Position numbers and translations under genes: made by a program
Notes under the pieces: model-generated
The model's input: only the letters and a program-made list of their open reading frames with translations
Told to the model about the DNA's origin: nothing
Databases searched by the model: none
In this document: in pieces, positions 20,085 to 29,112 of the stretch
How the letters are laid out: each line of letters starts with the position of its first letter
Numbering within the stretch: the first letter of the stretch is position 1
Source of the DNA: Myxococcota bacterium
GTDB taxonomy: Bacteria > Myxococcota_A > UBA9160 > UBA6930
Assembly: GCA_965223705.1 (NCBI GenBank)
Contig: OZ245015.1
Span: forward strand, 3,712,001-3,776,000
Direction: 5' to 3'
DNA: 64,000 bases

Positions 20085-21317
20085 GTGGACTCGCGAATCA
20101 ACCGGGAGCGACTCTGGGCGAGCCTGATGGAGATGGCCCGAATCGGAGCCACCTCTTCGGGCGGATGCAACCGCCAGGCGTTGACGGACGAGGATCGCGC
20201 GGGACGGGACCTCTTCTGTAGATGGGCGAAGGAAGCCGGCGCTTCGATTCGCGTCGACACGATGGGGAATATCTTCGCGTCGCGCTCAGGTCGACGCGAC
20301 CTGGCACCGGTGTTGATGGGCTCGCACCTGGATACCCAACCGACCGGCGGAAAGTTCGACGGTGTCTACGGTGTACTCGCAGGCCTCGAAGTCTTGCGGA
20401 CTCTGAACGACGGCCGGCTCGAAACCGACGGCCCACTAGAAGTGGTCGTTTGGACCAACGAAGAAGGGGCGAGATTCTCGCCCGCGATGGTCGGTTCCGG
20501 TGTCTGGGCGGGCGCTCTGGTCGAGGAGGACGCATACACAGCAACGGATTCCGCCGGCGCATCGTTTCGAGGCGAGCTCGAACGCATCGGCTATCGCGGT
20601 TCGGTACCCGCGAAACCGTTTCCGATTCACGGCGCTTTCGAAGTGCACATCGAGCAAGGACCCGTCCTCGAGCATCGCGGCGATCGCATTGGCGTCGTTG
20701 TGGGCGTACAGGGGATGCGCTGGTACGACCTCACCATCGACGGCGTTTCCTGTCATGCCGGGACCACGCCGATGGCGGCACGGAACGATCCCGCCAAAAC
20801 TCTCTTCGTCGCCCTCAGCCGCTTCTTCGAAGCTCTTAACGGGTTTGGAGAAGAAGCGAGAGCCACCGTGGGCGTCCTGCGTTCCGAGCCTGCGAGCCGC
20901 AATACGGTTCCGCACCGCGTCGCAACGAGCGTCGATTTACGCCACCCGGAGCCCGCGCACCTCGATCGCCTCGAGGACACGCTCCGGGGAGAACTCGCCG
21001 CCGTCTGCGAAGCCGATGGGACGCACTTCTCCCTTTCAAAAAACTGGGATTCCCCGCCAGTCGTTTTCGACGCGGGATGCGTCGATGCGGTGCGCCGCGC
21101 GGTGACCCACCTGGGCTACGCCCACCACGCGATGGTGAGCGGAGCCGGCCACGATTCCGTTTACGTTTCGCGCGTCGCCCCCACGGCGATGATCTTCGTG
21201 CCGTGCCTCGGCGGCTTGAGCCACAACGAAGCGGAGAGTGCTGACCCCGAAGACCTCGAAGCAGGTGCGAACGTGCTGCTCCACGCGGTGCTCGCGCGCG
21301 ATGAGGCGAGAGACTAA
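20085..21317 (+). CDS. M20 Zn-dependent N-carbamoyl-amino-acid / beta-ureidopropionase-type amidohydrolase
   Basis: GSHLDTQPTGGKFDGVYG, NEEGARF, EVHIEQG, HAGTTPM, SGAGHD, SHNEAE. Confidence 0.92.
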   Translation: MDSRINRERLWASLMEMARIGATSSGGCNRQALTDEDRAGRDLFCRWAKEAGASIRVDTMGNIFASRSGRRDLAPVLMGSHLDTQPTGGKFDGVYGVLAGLEVLRTLNDGRLETDGPLEVVVWTNEEGARFSPAMVGSGVWAGALVEEDAYTATDSAGASFRGELERIGYRGSVPAKPFPIHGAFEVHIEQGPVLEHRGDRIGVVVGVQGMRWYDLTIDGVSCHAGTTPMAARNDPAKTLFVALSRFFEALNGFGEEARATVGVLRSEPASRNTVPHRVATSVDLRHPEPAHLDRLEDTLRGELAAVCEADGTHFSLSKNWDSPPVVFDAGCVDAVRRAVTHLGYAHHAMVSGAGHDSVYVSRVAPTAMIFVPCLGGLSHNEAESADPEDLEAGANVLLHAVLARDEARD

Positions 21318-22063
21318 CCGCCGCCGTCGAGCGGAAGAGCGACTCCGTTGACGTAGGTCGCGTGCGGCGAGCAGAGCCACAGGACGGCGTTCGCGACTTC
21401 GTCTTCCGTGCAGATCCGGCCGATCGCCAACGCTTCGCCAAAGCCTTCTTTCGCGGAAGCGTCGCCCCCGACCATGCGGTCGAGCATCGGCGCGTCGACG
21501 GCGCCGGGACACACGGCGTTTACGCGGACGCCCGCCGCGGCGACTTCGAGTGCGGCAGCACGCGTGAGTCCCACGATGCCGTGCGCCGCCGCACAATAGG
21601 AGGCGAAGTTCGGAAAGCCGATCAGGCCGAAGCTTCCCGCCATGTTGACGATGGCGCCCCCTCCCTGCTCCCGCATCGTGCGAATCTGCGCCCGCATCCC
21701 GCGCCACACGCCACTCAGTTTGAGGTCGATCATTCGCGACCAGTCTTCGTCGCGGATCGCCTCGACCGGCCCGGGGTTGCCTTCCCAGCCCGCGTTGTTG
21801 AACGCACAGTCGAGCCGCCCGAATCGAGCCATGGTTTCGGCGACCGCAGCGTCCACCGTGCTCGCTTCCCGCACGTCGGTGCGAGCAAAAAAACCCGCCA
21901 CACCGATGGCGTCGAGCTCGCGCACGACCTCCTCCGCGTGCTCGGCATTGCGTCCCGCGACCGCGACGCGCGCGCCCGCGCGTCCGAAACGCAATGCGAC
22001 GGTACGACCGATGCCGGATGTTCCGCCGATGACGAGCGCGGTTTTTCCTTCGAAGTCACCCAT
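21314..22063 (-). CDS. short-chain dehydrogenase/reductase
   Basis: GGTSGIG, AFNNAG, VRVNAVCPG, LPLDGG; catalytic YxxxK appears as YCAAA (Lys not conserved). Confidence 0.88.
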   Translation of the reverse strand: MGDFEGKTALVIGGTSGIGRTVALRFGRAGARVAVAGRNAEHAEEVVRELDAIGVAGFFARTDVREASTVDAAVAETMARFGRLDCAFNNAGWEGNPGPVEAIRDEDWSRMIDLKLSGVWRGMRAQIRTMREQGGGAIVNMAGSFGLIGFPNFASYCAAAHGIVGLTRAAALEVAAAGVRVNAVCPGAVDAPMLDRMVGGDASAKEGFGEALAIGRICTEDEVANAVLWLCSPHATYVNGVALPLDGGG

Positions 22064-22083
22064 TTAGCGGCGGTCGAAGGCGC

Positions 22084-23346
22084 TCAACGCGGGAAGTAGC
22101 CGCGGGCATGATCGCGGGTCTGGACGCCGCGCGCGTGTTTCGTCACGAACTTGCGCCACATCGTGAGTTCGAGATCGGGTCGGTAGAGTCGTTCGCGGAG
22201 CCAACCGTCTTCCTCGGCGTAAAACTTCTGGAGCTCCTTGCGCGCGAACGCGTCGTCGATCGTGAAGTCCTCCACGGTCGGCCCTTCCCACTCTTCTTTC
22301 GCTCGTCCGTTCATCCACGCGTCCGCCTCGCGGGCGTCGGTTGTCTTGAGGACGCCGAACTGGAAGTACATGTGCGACCCCGCGTCGCGCGGCACATAGG
22401 CCTCGTAGTGGATCGACGGCTTCGCGGGCCACGGATCGACCTTCAACATGCACGGCATCCACAACCCCACTTCGCAGTTGTGCGCGTACGATGCGATCTC
22501 GTCGAGCTCTTCGGACGTCTTGCCCTCCGCCGCCGGCAGAACCACCGATACCGACGTGCCGTCGCGCATCGGGATGCTCGCTTCTTGGACGATGTGGGTC
22601 TCGGCGGCTTTTCTCGTAAACCCTTTCGGGCCGTCGTCGGCGTCGAAATACTGCGTCGTGCGCAGCACGCTTTCTTTGTTGGATACCCACCCGAACGACA
22701 TCGGTATGCCGCTCTTCTCGCTGAAAGGCGACCAGTTGTGGATGAACTGATGCCCGGGGTCGTACCCGTTTTCGCACGCCAACCGCCAGTTCGCTTCGAT
22801 GACGTAGGGCTCGGCAGCGTACACCACGGCGTCGTCGTCGAGGAAACCCGGGGCGACGTCATACGCGAGGGGCAGCGGTTCGATATCCCCGACGAACAGA
22901 AACACCACGTCCTTCTGCTCTTCAAGCGGATAACTCTTGATGCGGAGCTTCCCGATAAGCGGCGAGTTCGGCTCGTTCAAGATCGTGCGGAGCTCACCGT
23001 CATCGAGATTGAACGTCAGCGTGTGATACCAGCACGTCAGTGTCTCTTGCGTGTAGCACAGGGGACGCGCCGAGAATCGCACGCCACGATGCGGACATCG
23101 GTCTTCTAGCGCGTAGAGGGCGCCGTCTTGGCGCGTCAACAGGATGTCTTCACCCAGCAAGGTGATCGCTTTGAACCCACCCTCTGGGATGTCCTTCGAC
23201 AGCGCCGCGGGATACCAGTGGTTGCGCAGACCGAGCTCAGCATCGATCCAAACGCCCCAGGGCTTCTTCGTGCGTTCCGTCTTCGCCTTCTCTTGATCGA
23301 CCCAGTCGGCGGTTTCTTCGAGCAGCGTCTTTTCGATGTCACCCAT
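22084..23346 (-). CDS. Rieske non-haem iron oxygenase, CarAa/OxoO type, copy 2
   Basis: DAELGLRNHWYP, CPH...CWYH, NWRLACENGYDPGHQFIH, LKVDPWP, FTIDDAFAR; start reset to ATG 23346 with GGAG RBS. Confidence 0.9.
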   Translation of the reverse strand: MGDIEKTLLEETADWVDQEKAKTERTKKPWGVWIDAELGLRNHWYPAALSKDIPEGGFKAITLLGEDILLTRQDGALYALEDRCPHRGVRFSARPLCYTQETLTCWYHTLTFNLDDGELRTILNEPNSPLIGKLRIKSYPLEEQKDVVFLFVGDIEPLPLAYDVAPGFLDDDAVVYAAEPYVIEANWRLACENGYDPGHQFIHNWSPFSEKSGIPMSFGWVSNKESVLRTTQYFDADDGPKGFTRKAAETHIVQEASIPMRDGTSVSVVLPAAEGKTSEELDEIASYAHNCEVGLWMPCMLKVDPWPAKPSIHYEAYVPRDAGSHMYFQFGVLKTTDAREADAWMNGRAKEEWEGPTVEDFTIDDAFARKELQKFYAEEDGWLRERLYRPDLELTMWRKFVTKHARGVQTRDHARGYFPR

Positions 23347-23385
23347 GGCGGACTCCGATACGGACACGGTGTGTGCCTTAGAGAG

Positions 23386-23398
23386 TGGTAGTCTACCG
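23386..23398. promoter_or_regulatory. second copy of the TGGTA-N3-TACCG palindrome, between Rieske oxygenase 2 and the M20-like gene
   Basis: TGGTAGTCTACCG; 10/13 identical to 17874-17886. Confidence 0.5.
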
Positions 23399-23417
23399 GG
23401 AACGGAGTCCACGAGTC

Positions 23418-24767
23418 ATGAACCCTTCCCCGCCGCGGGAATTTGCAGTCGAATCGCTGCCCCTTCGCGACGATCAGCGCGCCTGGTATCAGCACGCTTG
23501 CGACAGGCTCGACGAGCGCCGGCTGACAGAGTTCTTGGTCGAGCTGACGAGTATCCACAGTCCGACGGGGGCCGAGCGAGCCGCGAGCGAGTACGTCGTG
23601 ACGTCGCTCGCCACGAGCGGCATCGAAACCACACTGCAAGCGATGGGGCCCGAGCGCGCGAACGCGGTCGGTCGCATCCGGGGAACGGGGGGTGGCGCCA
23701 ACCTCCTTCTCTACGAACCCATCGATACCCACATGGAGGGGAAGCCGGAGGAGGATCTTCCCTGGGCCGGACCGACACTGCGGGCGGACATGCTTCCACG
23801 GGGCTTCGTGAAGGACGGACTCGTCGTGGGCCTCGGCGCTTCGAATCCGAAAGCCATGGTCGCAACGATGACCGAAGTCGCGCGGGCCGTTCTCGATGCG
23901 GACATCCCCCTGGTCGGCAACCTGACCCTGGGATTCGCCGGGGGCGGCATGCCTTGGAGTCATTCGAGGCGCGCCGACGCCGGCCTCTCCGATGGTGTCA
24001 CCCACTTGATTCGCCACGGGGTGAGCCCCGATTTCGCCCTCGTCATGAAGCCGTGGAACGCGGTCTACTACGAAGAAGCGGGGCTTTGTTGGTTTCGCGT
24101 CGCGGTCAAGGGAACGTACGGTTACGCGGGTGTTCCCCACGGAACGCCGGGCTGGGACAGCTCCGTCGTTCCCGCTGCGAAGGTCATCCTCGAACTTCAA
24201 GAGTGGCTTCCGCGCTACGTGGCGCGCAACACGTCGGGCCAGATCGAACCGTGGGGTTGGATCTCAAGCGTCCGAGGCGGCTGGCCCGACAAGCCGGCGT
24301 TTCCGAGCGCCCTCACAGAAATCTATCTCGACCTGCGCATCACACCGCGGACGCCTCCCCAAGAAGTCGAACGGCAATTCGGTGAAGCGATCGACGCGAT
24401 TCTCGCGAAAAACCCCGAGATCGAACTCGAATGGGAAATGACCGCGGCAACTCCGAGCGGGAGCACCGACCCGGCGAACTGGATCGTGCAATCCGCGATG
24501 CGTGGCTGGGAAGAAGTGGAAGGCAAACCGCACGGCGCAGCGCCGCTGATGGCGGGCCAGACCGACGGCGCAGCCCTCCGACATTTGGGGATTCCAACGG
24601 CGCGGGTCGGCTGGCCCTGGCCCTACGAAGGCGGCCCGGCGGAACTCGCCGAAGGGCTCGGCGGGATGGGGGTGACCTACGTCCCGGATCTCCTCACGTG
24701 CGCGCGAAAGATCCTTTACGTCGTCGTCGATACGTTGACTCGCACGCGTGCAGAGCTCGGCCTCTAG
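23418..24767 (+). CDS. ArgE/DapE-like M20 fold protein with substituted metal ligands
   Basis: SIHSPTGAE, NAVGRIRGTGGG, DLRITP and QTDG match the ArgE/DapE scaffold; EPID, GASNPK, AGGG and VMKP replace HxD, GxxDMK, DEE and GEP. Confidence 0.75.
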   Translation: MNPSPPREFAVESLPLRDDQRAWYQHACDRLDERRLTEFLVELTSIHSPTGAERAASEYVVTSLATSGIETTLQAMGPERANAVGRIRGTGGGANLLLYEPIDTHMEGKPEEDLPWAGPTLRADMLPRGFVKDGLVVGLGASNPKAMVATMTEVARAVLDADIPLVGNLTLGFAGGGMPWSHSRRADAGLSDGVTHLIRHGVSPDFALVMKPWNAVYYEEAGLCWFRVAVKGTYGYAGVPHGTPGWDSSVVPAAKVILELQEWLPRYVARNTSGQIEPWGWISSVRGGWPDKPAFPSALTEIYLDLRITPRTPPQEVERQFGEAIDAILAKNPEIELEWEMTAATPSGSTDPANWIVQSAMRGWEEVEGKPHGAAPLMAGQTDGAALRHLGIPTARVGWPWPYEGGPAELAEGLGGMGVTYVPDLLTCARKILYVVVDTLTRTRAELGL

Positions 24768-25645
24768 ACGGGGTTATGTCCCCAGAGCTTTGGCGCGGTG
24801 TAGTGCCGCACTTGCCACGTCGCCTCGTCGATTTCGAGGCCCCCGTAGCCGTACTCGAAGGCGAACCCCGACGGCGTCTGCAAATAGAACGACGTCATCA
24901 GGTCGTTGCTGTGACGACCGAGGCTCAATACGAGGGGCACCCCGCTCTCGTTGCAGAGATCGTACGCCCGTCCCACATCGTCCATCGAATTGAGCTCCAC
25001 CATGAGGTGATGGAGCACTCCCGGCGGCGCGCCGAGCCCGGGACCGACAATCGCGAACGAGTGCTCGCGGGGATTGCAGTGCAAGAAGACGATGCGACCG
25101 CCGCCGAACTCCATGTACTCGCTCACCCGGAACCCCAAATGCTCGGTGTAGAACGCGGCGAGCGCGTCCGGGTCCTCCGCCGTGACGACGGCGTGTCCCA
25201 TTCCCAGGCTGCCGGTTTTGAAGCCCGAAATCGGGCGGCCCGCGCTGAAAGGGGAACCATCGATCGTCGGGCCATGGTAGATCTCGCCGGGGAATCCCTC
25301 GGGATCCCGAAACTTCGCAAGATCGATCACCCGGCGCTGCTCTTTTTCTTCCGCGGTCCCGGGAGTGATCTCGACGCCTGCCTCGGCGAGGCGGCTCACC
25401 TGGGTGTCGAAACTTCGCGCGTCGGGAACTTCCCAGCCGATGAAATCCGGCCCGTCGGTCGCCCCCGCCGTGAGTACGAGCCGGTGTGTGCGGTCGTCCA
25501 TGCGGAGGTACAACTCGTCGTCGGTTCGGCCCGGTCGCGCCTCCATACCGAATACCGAAGTCGCGAGGCGCTCCCATGCCCCGAGATCGGAAACCGTCAG
25601 CCCGACATAACCCAGTTGCGTGACACCGGAATCGATTGCCTTCAT
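24764..25645 (-). CDS. type I (VOC) extradiol ring-cleavage dioxygenase, BphC/HsaC-like
   Basis: QLGYVGL, YLRMDD, GMGHAV, FLHCNPREHS, HHLMVE, GRHSNDLMTSFY, EYG (His-His-Glu Fe ligands). Confidence 0.93.
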   Translation of the reverse strand: MKAIDSGVTQLGYVGLTVSDLGAWERLATSVFGMEARPGRTDDELYLRMDDRTHRLVLTAGATDGPDFIGWEVPDARSFDTQVSRLAEAGVEITPGTAEEKEQRRVIDLAKFRDPEGFPGEIYHGPTIDGSPFSAGRPISGFKTGSLGMGHAVVTAEDPDALAAFYTEHLGFRVSEYMEFGGGRIVFLHCNPREHSFAIVGPGLGAPPGVLHHLMVELNSMDDVGRAYDLCNESGVPLVLSLGRHSNDLMTSFYLQTPSGFAFEYGYGGLEIDEATWQVRHYTAPKLWGHNPV

Positions 25646-25683
25646 GCTGCCAGCATATCACCGTCCCCGAGGCGAGGAGAGTG

Positions 25684-26967
25684 ATGACCGATGAGGCCTT
25701 GATTCGAGTCGGAGCAGTGGCATGCGCGCGAGCCATCGCGTCGGGCGCCGCCACGTCGGAAGCCCTGGTGGAAGCGTGCCTCGAGCGAATCGAAGCGCGC
25801 GATCCGAAGGTCCGGGCCTGGGTGCACCTCGACCCCGAGAGAGCGCGCGCCGAGGCGCGCCGCCGCGATCGCGAGCGTCCTCGGGGTACGCTTCACGGCG
25901 TCCCCATCGGCGTGAAGGACATCATCGATACGCACGACTTCCCGACCGAGCGGGGTTCTGCGCTGTTTCAAGGACGGCGGCCGCGGGTCGACGCCGCCTG
26001 CGTCGCGCGTCTGCGCGACGCGGGTGCGATCGTTCTCGGGAAAACCGTGACGACGGAATTCGCGTTCTTCGCTCCCGGTCCGACGACCCATCCGTTAAAT
26101 CCCGAGCACACGCCAGGCGGTTCGTCGAGTGGATCAGCAGCCGCCGTCGCCGACTTCCAGGTACCGGCCGCGTTGGGCACTCAGACAGCCGGTTCCATCA
26201 TTCGGCCCGCGAGTTTCTGCGGGGTCATCGGATTCAAACCGAGCTACGGACGGTTCCCGATCCAAGGCGTACTTCCTCTCGCGCCGTCGCTCGACACCGT
26301 GGGCTTCTTCTGCCGGGAACTCGAGGACGTTCCGCTGGTCGCGTCCGTGCTCGCACCCTGGGGCCCGGGCCCGAGCCGCGCGGTGTCGCCCCGCGTCGCG
26401 TGGCTGGCGACCTCCCACTGGTCCGAGGGTGAACCCGCCATGCGCCGCGCACTCGAAGCGTTCGTCGAGTCGCTACGGGGTCGTGGGGTTTACGTCCTTC
26501 CGTTCGAGGCGCGGGCGCTCGAGGGCCTTGCGGAGCTCCAGAACCACCGTCTGGCCTCGGAAGCACTCGAAGTACTGGGGCCCGTTGTCGCGATGGATCC
26601 GACGAAGGTGCGCCCACAGACCCGGGAACTTCTCGAAACGGGGGCCCGCGTGCCCAAAAACTTCTCGTCGCAGCTCAACCGTGCCCTCGCGCGAGCGCGC
26701 GCCTTTCTAGAAAGCGAGGTCTTCTCGCAAGCGGACGTCATCCTTACCCCGGCCGCACCGGGAGAAGCGCCGCGTGGCATCACAGCCACGGGGGATCCGC
26801 TCTTCAATCGGATTTGGACGTTGCTCGGACTTCCATGTCTGACGCTGCCCGCCGGCGTGGGGCCGAACGGCCTTCCCATCGGCGCTCAGCTGGTCGGACG
26901 TTTCGGCGGGGACGAAGCGCTCGCCATTCACGCGATCAAGCTCTCGGGGCTGCGAGGGGGCACCTAA
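25684..26967 (+). CDS. amidase-signature family enzyme (second copy)
   Basis: GVKDIID, TPGGSSSGSAAAV, GTQTAGSIIRPASFCG. Confidence 0.9.
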   Translation: MTDEALIRVGAVACARAIASGAATSEALVEACLERIEARDPKVRAWVHLDPERARAEARRRDRERPRGTLHGVPIGVKDIIDTHDFPTERGSALFQGRRPRVDAACVARLRDAGAIVLGKTVTTEFAFFAPGPTTHPLNPEHTPGGSSSGSAAAVADFQVPAALGTQTAGSIIRPASFCGVIGFKPSYGRFPIQGVLPLAPSLDTVGFFCRELEDVPLVASVLAPWGPGPSRAVSPRVAWLATSHWSEGEPAMRRALEAFVESLRGRGVYVLPFEARALEGLAELQNHRLASEALEVLGPVVAMDPTKVRPQTRELLETGARVPKNFSSQLNRALARARAFLESEVFSQADVILTPAAPGEAPRGITATGDPLFNRIWTLLGLPCLTLPAGVGPNGLPIGAQLVGRFGGDEALAIHAIKLSGLRGGT

Positions 26968-27030
26968 CACCGCGGCGTGGATGATAGGATGAGGCCGCCG
27001 AGTCGAACCCAACGCGAACGGGAGCGTTTC

Positions 27031-29112
27031 ATGCACTATCGCATCGCCGTGGATACCGGCGGGACCTTCACCGATGTCGTGGTCGCGGACGCCGACGGGC
27101 GTCTGACCATCGGCAAATCCCTGACGACCCCCGATCGGACGTTCGAGGGTTTTCGCTCGGCGCTCGAGAACGCCGGCAACGCGCTCGACGAAACGGCGAC
27201 GACGCTCCTCCGCGACACTTCGGTTCTCGTCTATGGCACGACCCGCTCCACGAACTCTCTCGTCGAAGGGAAAGCGGCGAAGACAGCGCTGCTCACCACC
27301 GAAGGGTTCCCCGACACGCTCCTCTATCGTCAGGGGGGAAAGCGGGATCCTTTGCGGTTGGCGATGGAGTTCCCCCCTCCTTACGTGCCTCGGCGCCTGA
27401 CGTTTGAGATCCCCGAGCGCGTGAACGCGGAAGGCGGCGTCGAACGCGCTCTCGACGAGAGCCGAGCCAGGGAAATCATTTCGAGCCTCGAACCGAAGGG
27501 CATCGAGGCCGTCGCGGTCAGCTTGCTGTGGTCCATCGTCAACCCGGCACACGAGCGACGTCTCGGCGAATTGATCGAAGAGCTCCTACCCGACGTTCCG
27601 TACACGCTTTCCCACGAGCTCAATCCCATTATTCGCGAATACCCGCGGACTTCGTCCGCTGCGATCGACGCGTCGCTCAAACCGCTGATGCAGCGCCACC
27701 TCGAGGAATTCGAATCGGATCTTCGAGGTGCGGGTTACTCCGGCGAAATCTTGGTCAGCACCTGCTCCGGCGGTGTCATGCACGTCGACGCCGTCGTCGA
27801 AAAGCCGATCTACACCGTGAAATCGGGGCCGGCGATGGGTCCGCTCGCCGGGATCGCGTACGCGACAGCGGAAGGGCAAGGGGACGACGTCATCATCGTC
27901 GACACCGGTGGGACGACCTTCGACGTCAGCATGGTCCGCGCCGGCCAGGTGAAGTACACGCGTGAAACCTGGCTCGTGGGGGAATGGATCGGGCACAACT
28001 TGGGGCTCTCCTCCGTCGACGTGCGAAGCGTGGGAGCCGGCGGAGGCTCGATCGCCTGGATCGATCCCGGCGGACTCCTGCGCGTCGGGCCGAAGAGCGC
28101 GGGGGCCGACCCGGGCCCGGCGTGTTACGGGCGCGGGGGACTCGAACCGACGGTGACGGACGCCGCGGTGGTCCTCGGCTACATCGATCCAGAACATTTT
28201 CTCGGCGGACGCATGGCGCTCGACGCGACGGCGGCCACCGCGGTGCTCAAGCCACTCGCCTCCGCGCTCGAACTGCCCCTCGATGAAACGGCGTATGCAG
28301 TGATCGCTCTGGCCGGTGAGCAGATGATCAAAGCCATTCAAGAGATCACCGTGCAGGACGGTGTGAACCCCGCCGAAAGTGTCATTGTGGCCGGTGGCGG
28401 CGCCGCGGGGCTCAACATCTTGCCGATCGCCGAGGCGCTCGGATGCCGAAAGGTGTTGCTGCCGCGCACGGCCGGCGCGCTCAGCGCCTGTGGCGGCCAG
28501 TATTCAGACATCGTCTCGGAATTCAGCGGAAGCCAATACGCGCACTCCGACCATTTCGACTTCGACGGCGTGGACCGGGTGCTTTCCGACATCAAGACGC
28601 GGATGGAGGCATTCGCCGACGATCTGCGGAAGAGAGGCATCGATCGCTTCCGCCGCGAGTGGTTCGTCGAGGCGCGCTACCTCAACCAGCAGTGGGAAAT
28701 GGAAATCCCCATGTCGTTCGACTCGTTCTCCGACGAAGAAGACGTGCGTCGTCTCGTCGACACGTTCCACGACGTGCATTTCCGTCGGTACGCCGTGCAG
28801 GAGGAAGACGGCGCCATCGAGTGCGTCAACTGGAAGGGGCGGATCACAGCCGTCCTCGATCGCCCCACCCTACCTTCCCTGGCTCGGCGCGACGGCGTTC
28901 CCACCCCGGACCGAACCGCAAAGGCGTTTTTCGGGGAGGCGGATCGCGTGGAGGCCCCGGTGTTCTTGGGCAAAACCCTCTGGCCGGGCGCCCATCTCGT
29001 GGGCCCCGCCATCATCGAGGAGCCCACGACCACGATCGTGCTCTACCCCGGAACGGAGGCGGACGTCACGGAAGGCCACAACTACTTGCTCGACACGGGG
29101 GCGTCCTCATGA
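27031..29112 (+). CDS. hydantoinase/oxoprolinase subunit A (ATP-binding)
   Basis: AVDTGGTFTD, GTTRSTN, SGPA, DTGGTTFD, GAGGGSIA, SAGADPGPACYGRGG, GPAIIEE. Confidence 0.92.
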   Translation: MHYRIAVDTGGTFTDVVVADADGRLTIGKSLTTPDRTFEGFRSALENAGNALDETATTLLRDTSVLVYGTTRSTNSLVEGKAAKTALLTTEGFPDTLLYRQGGKRDPLRLAMEFPPPYVPRRLTFEIPERVNAEGGVERALDESRAREIISSLEPKGIEAVAVSLLWSIVNPAHERRLGELIEELLPDVPYTLSHELNPIIREYPRTSSAAIDASLKPLMQRHLEEFESDLRGAGYSGEILVSTCSGGVMHVDAVVEKPIYTVKSGPAMGPLAGIAYATAEGQGDDVIIVDTGGTTFDVSMVRAGQVKYTRETWLVGEWIGHNLGLSSVDVRSVGAGGGSIAWIDPGGLLRVGPKSAGADPGPACYGRGGLEPTVTDAAVVLGYIDPEHFLGGRMALDATAATAVLKPLASALELPLDETAYAVIALAGEQMIKAIQEITVQDGVNPAESVIVAGGGAAGLNILPIAEALGCRKVLLPRTAGALSACGGQYSDIVSEFSGSQYAHSDHFDFDGVDRVLSDIKTRMEAFADDLRKRGIDRFRREWFVEARYLNQQWEMEIPMSFDSFSDEEDVRRLVDTFHDVHFRRYAVQEEDGAIECVNWKGRITAVLDRPTLPSLARRDGVPTPDRTAKAFFGEADRVEAPVFLGKTLWPGAHLVGPAIIEEPTTTIVLYPGTEADVTEGHNYLLDTGASS

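Noticed and set aside
23350..23410. GGACTCCG...CGGAGTCC inverted repeat in the divergent spacer
   Set aside because: Explained by the two back-to-back Shine-Dalgarno sequences of the divergent genes
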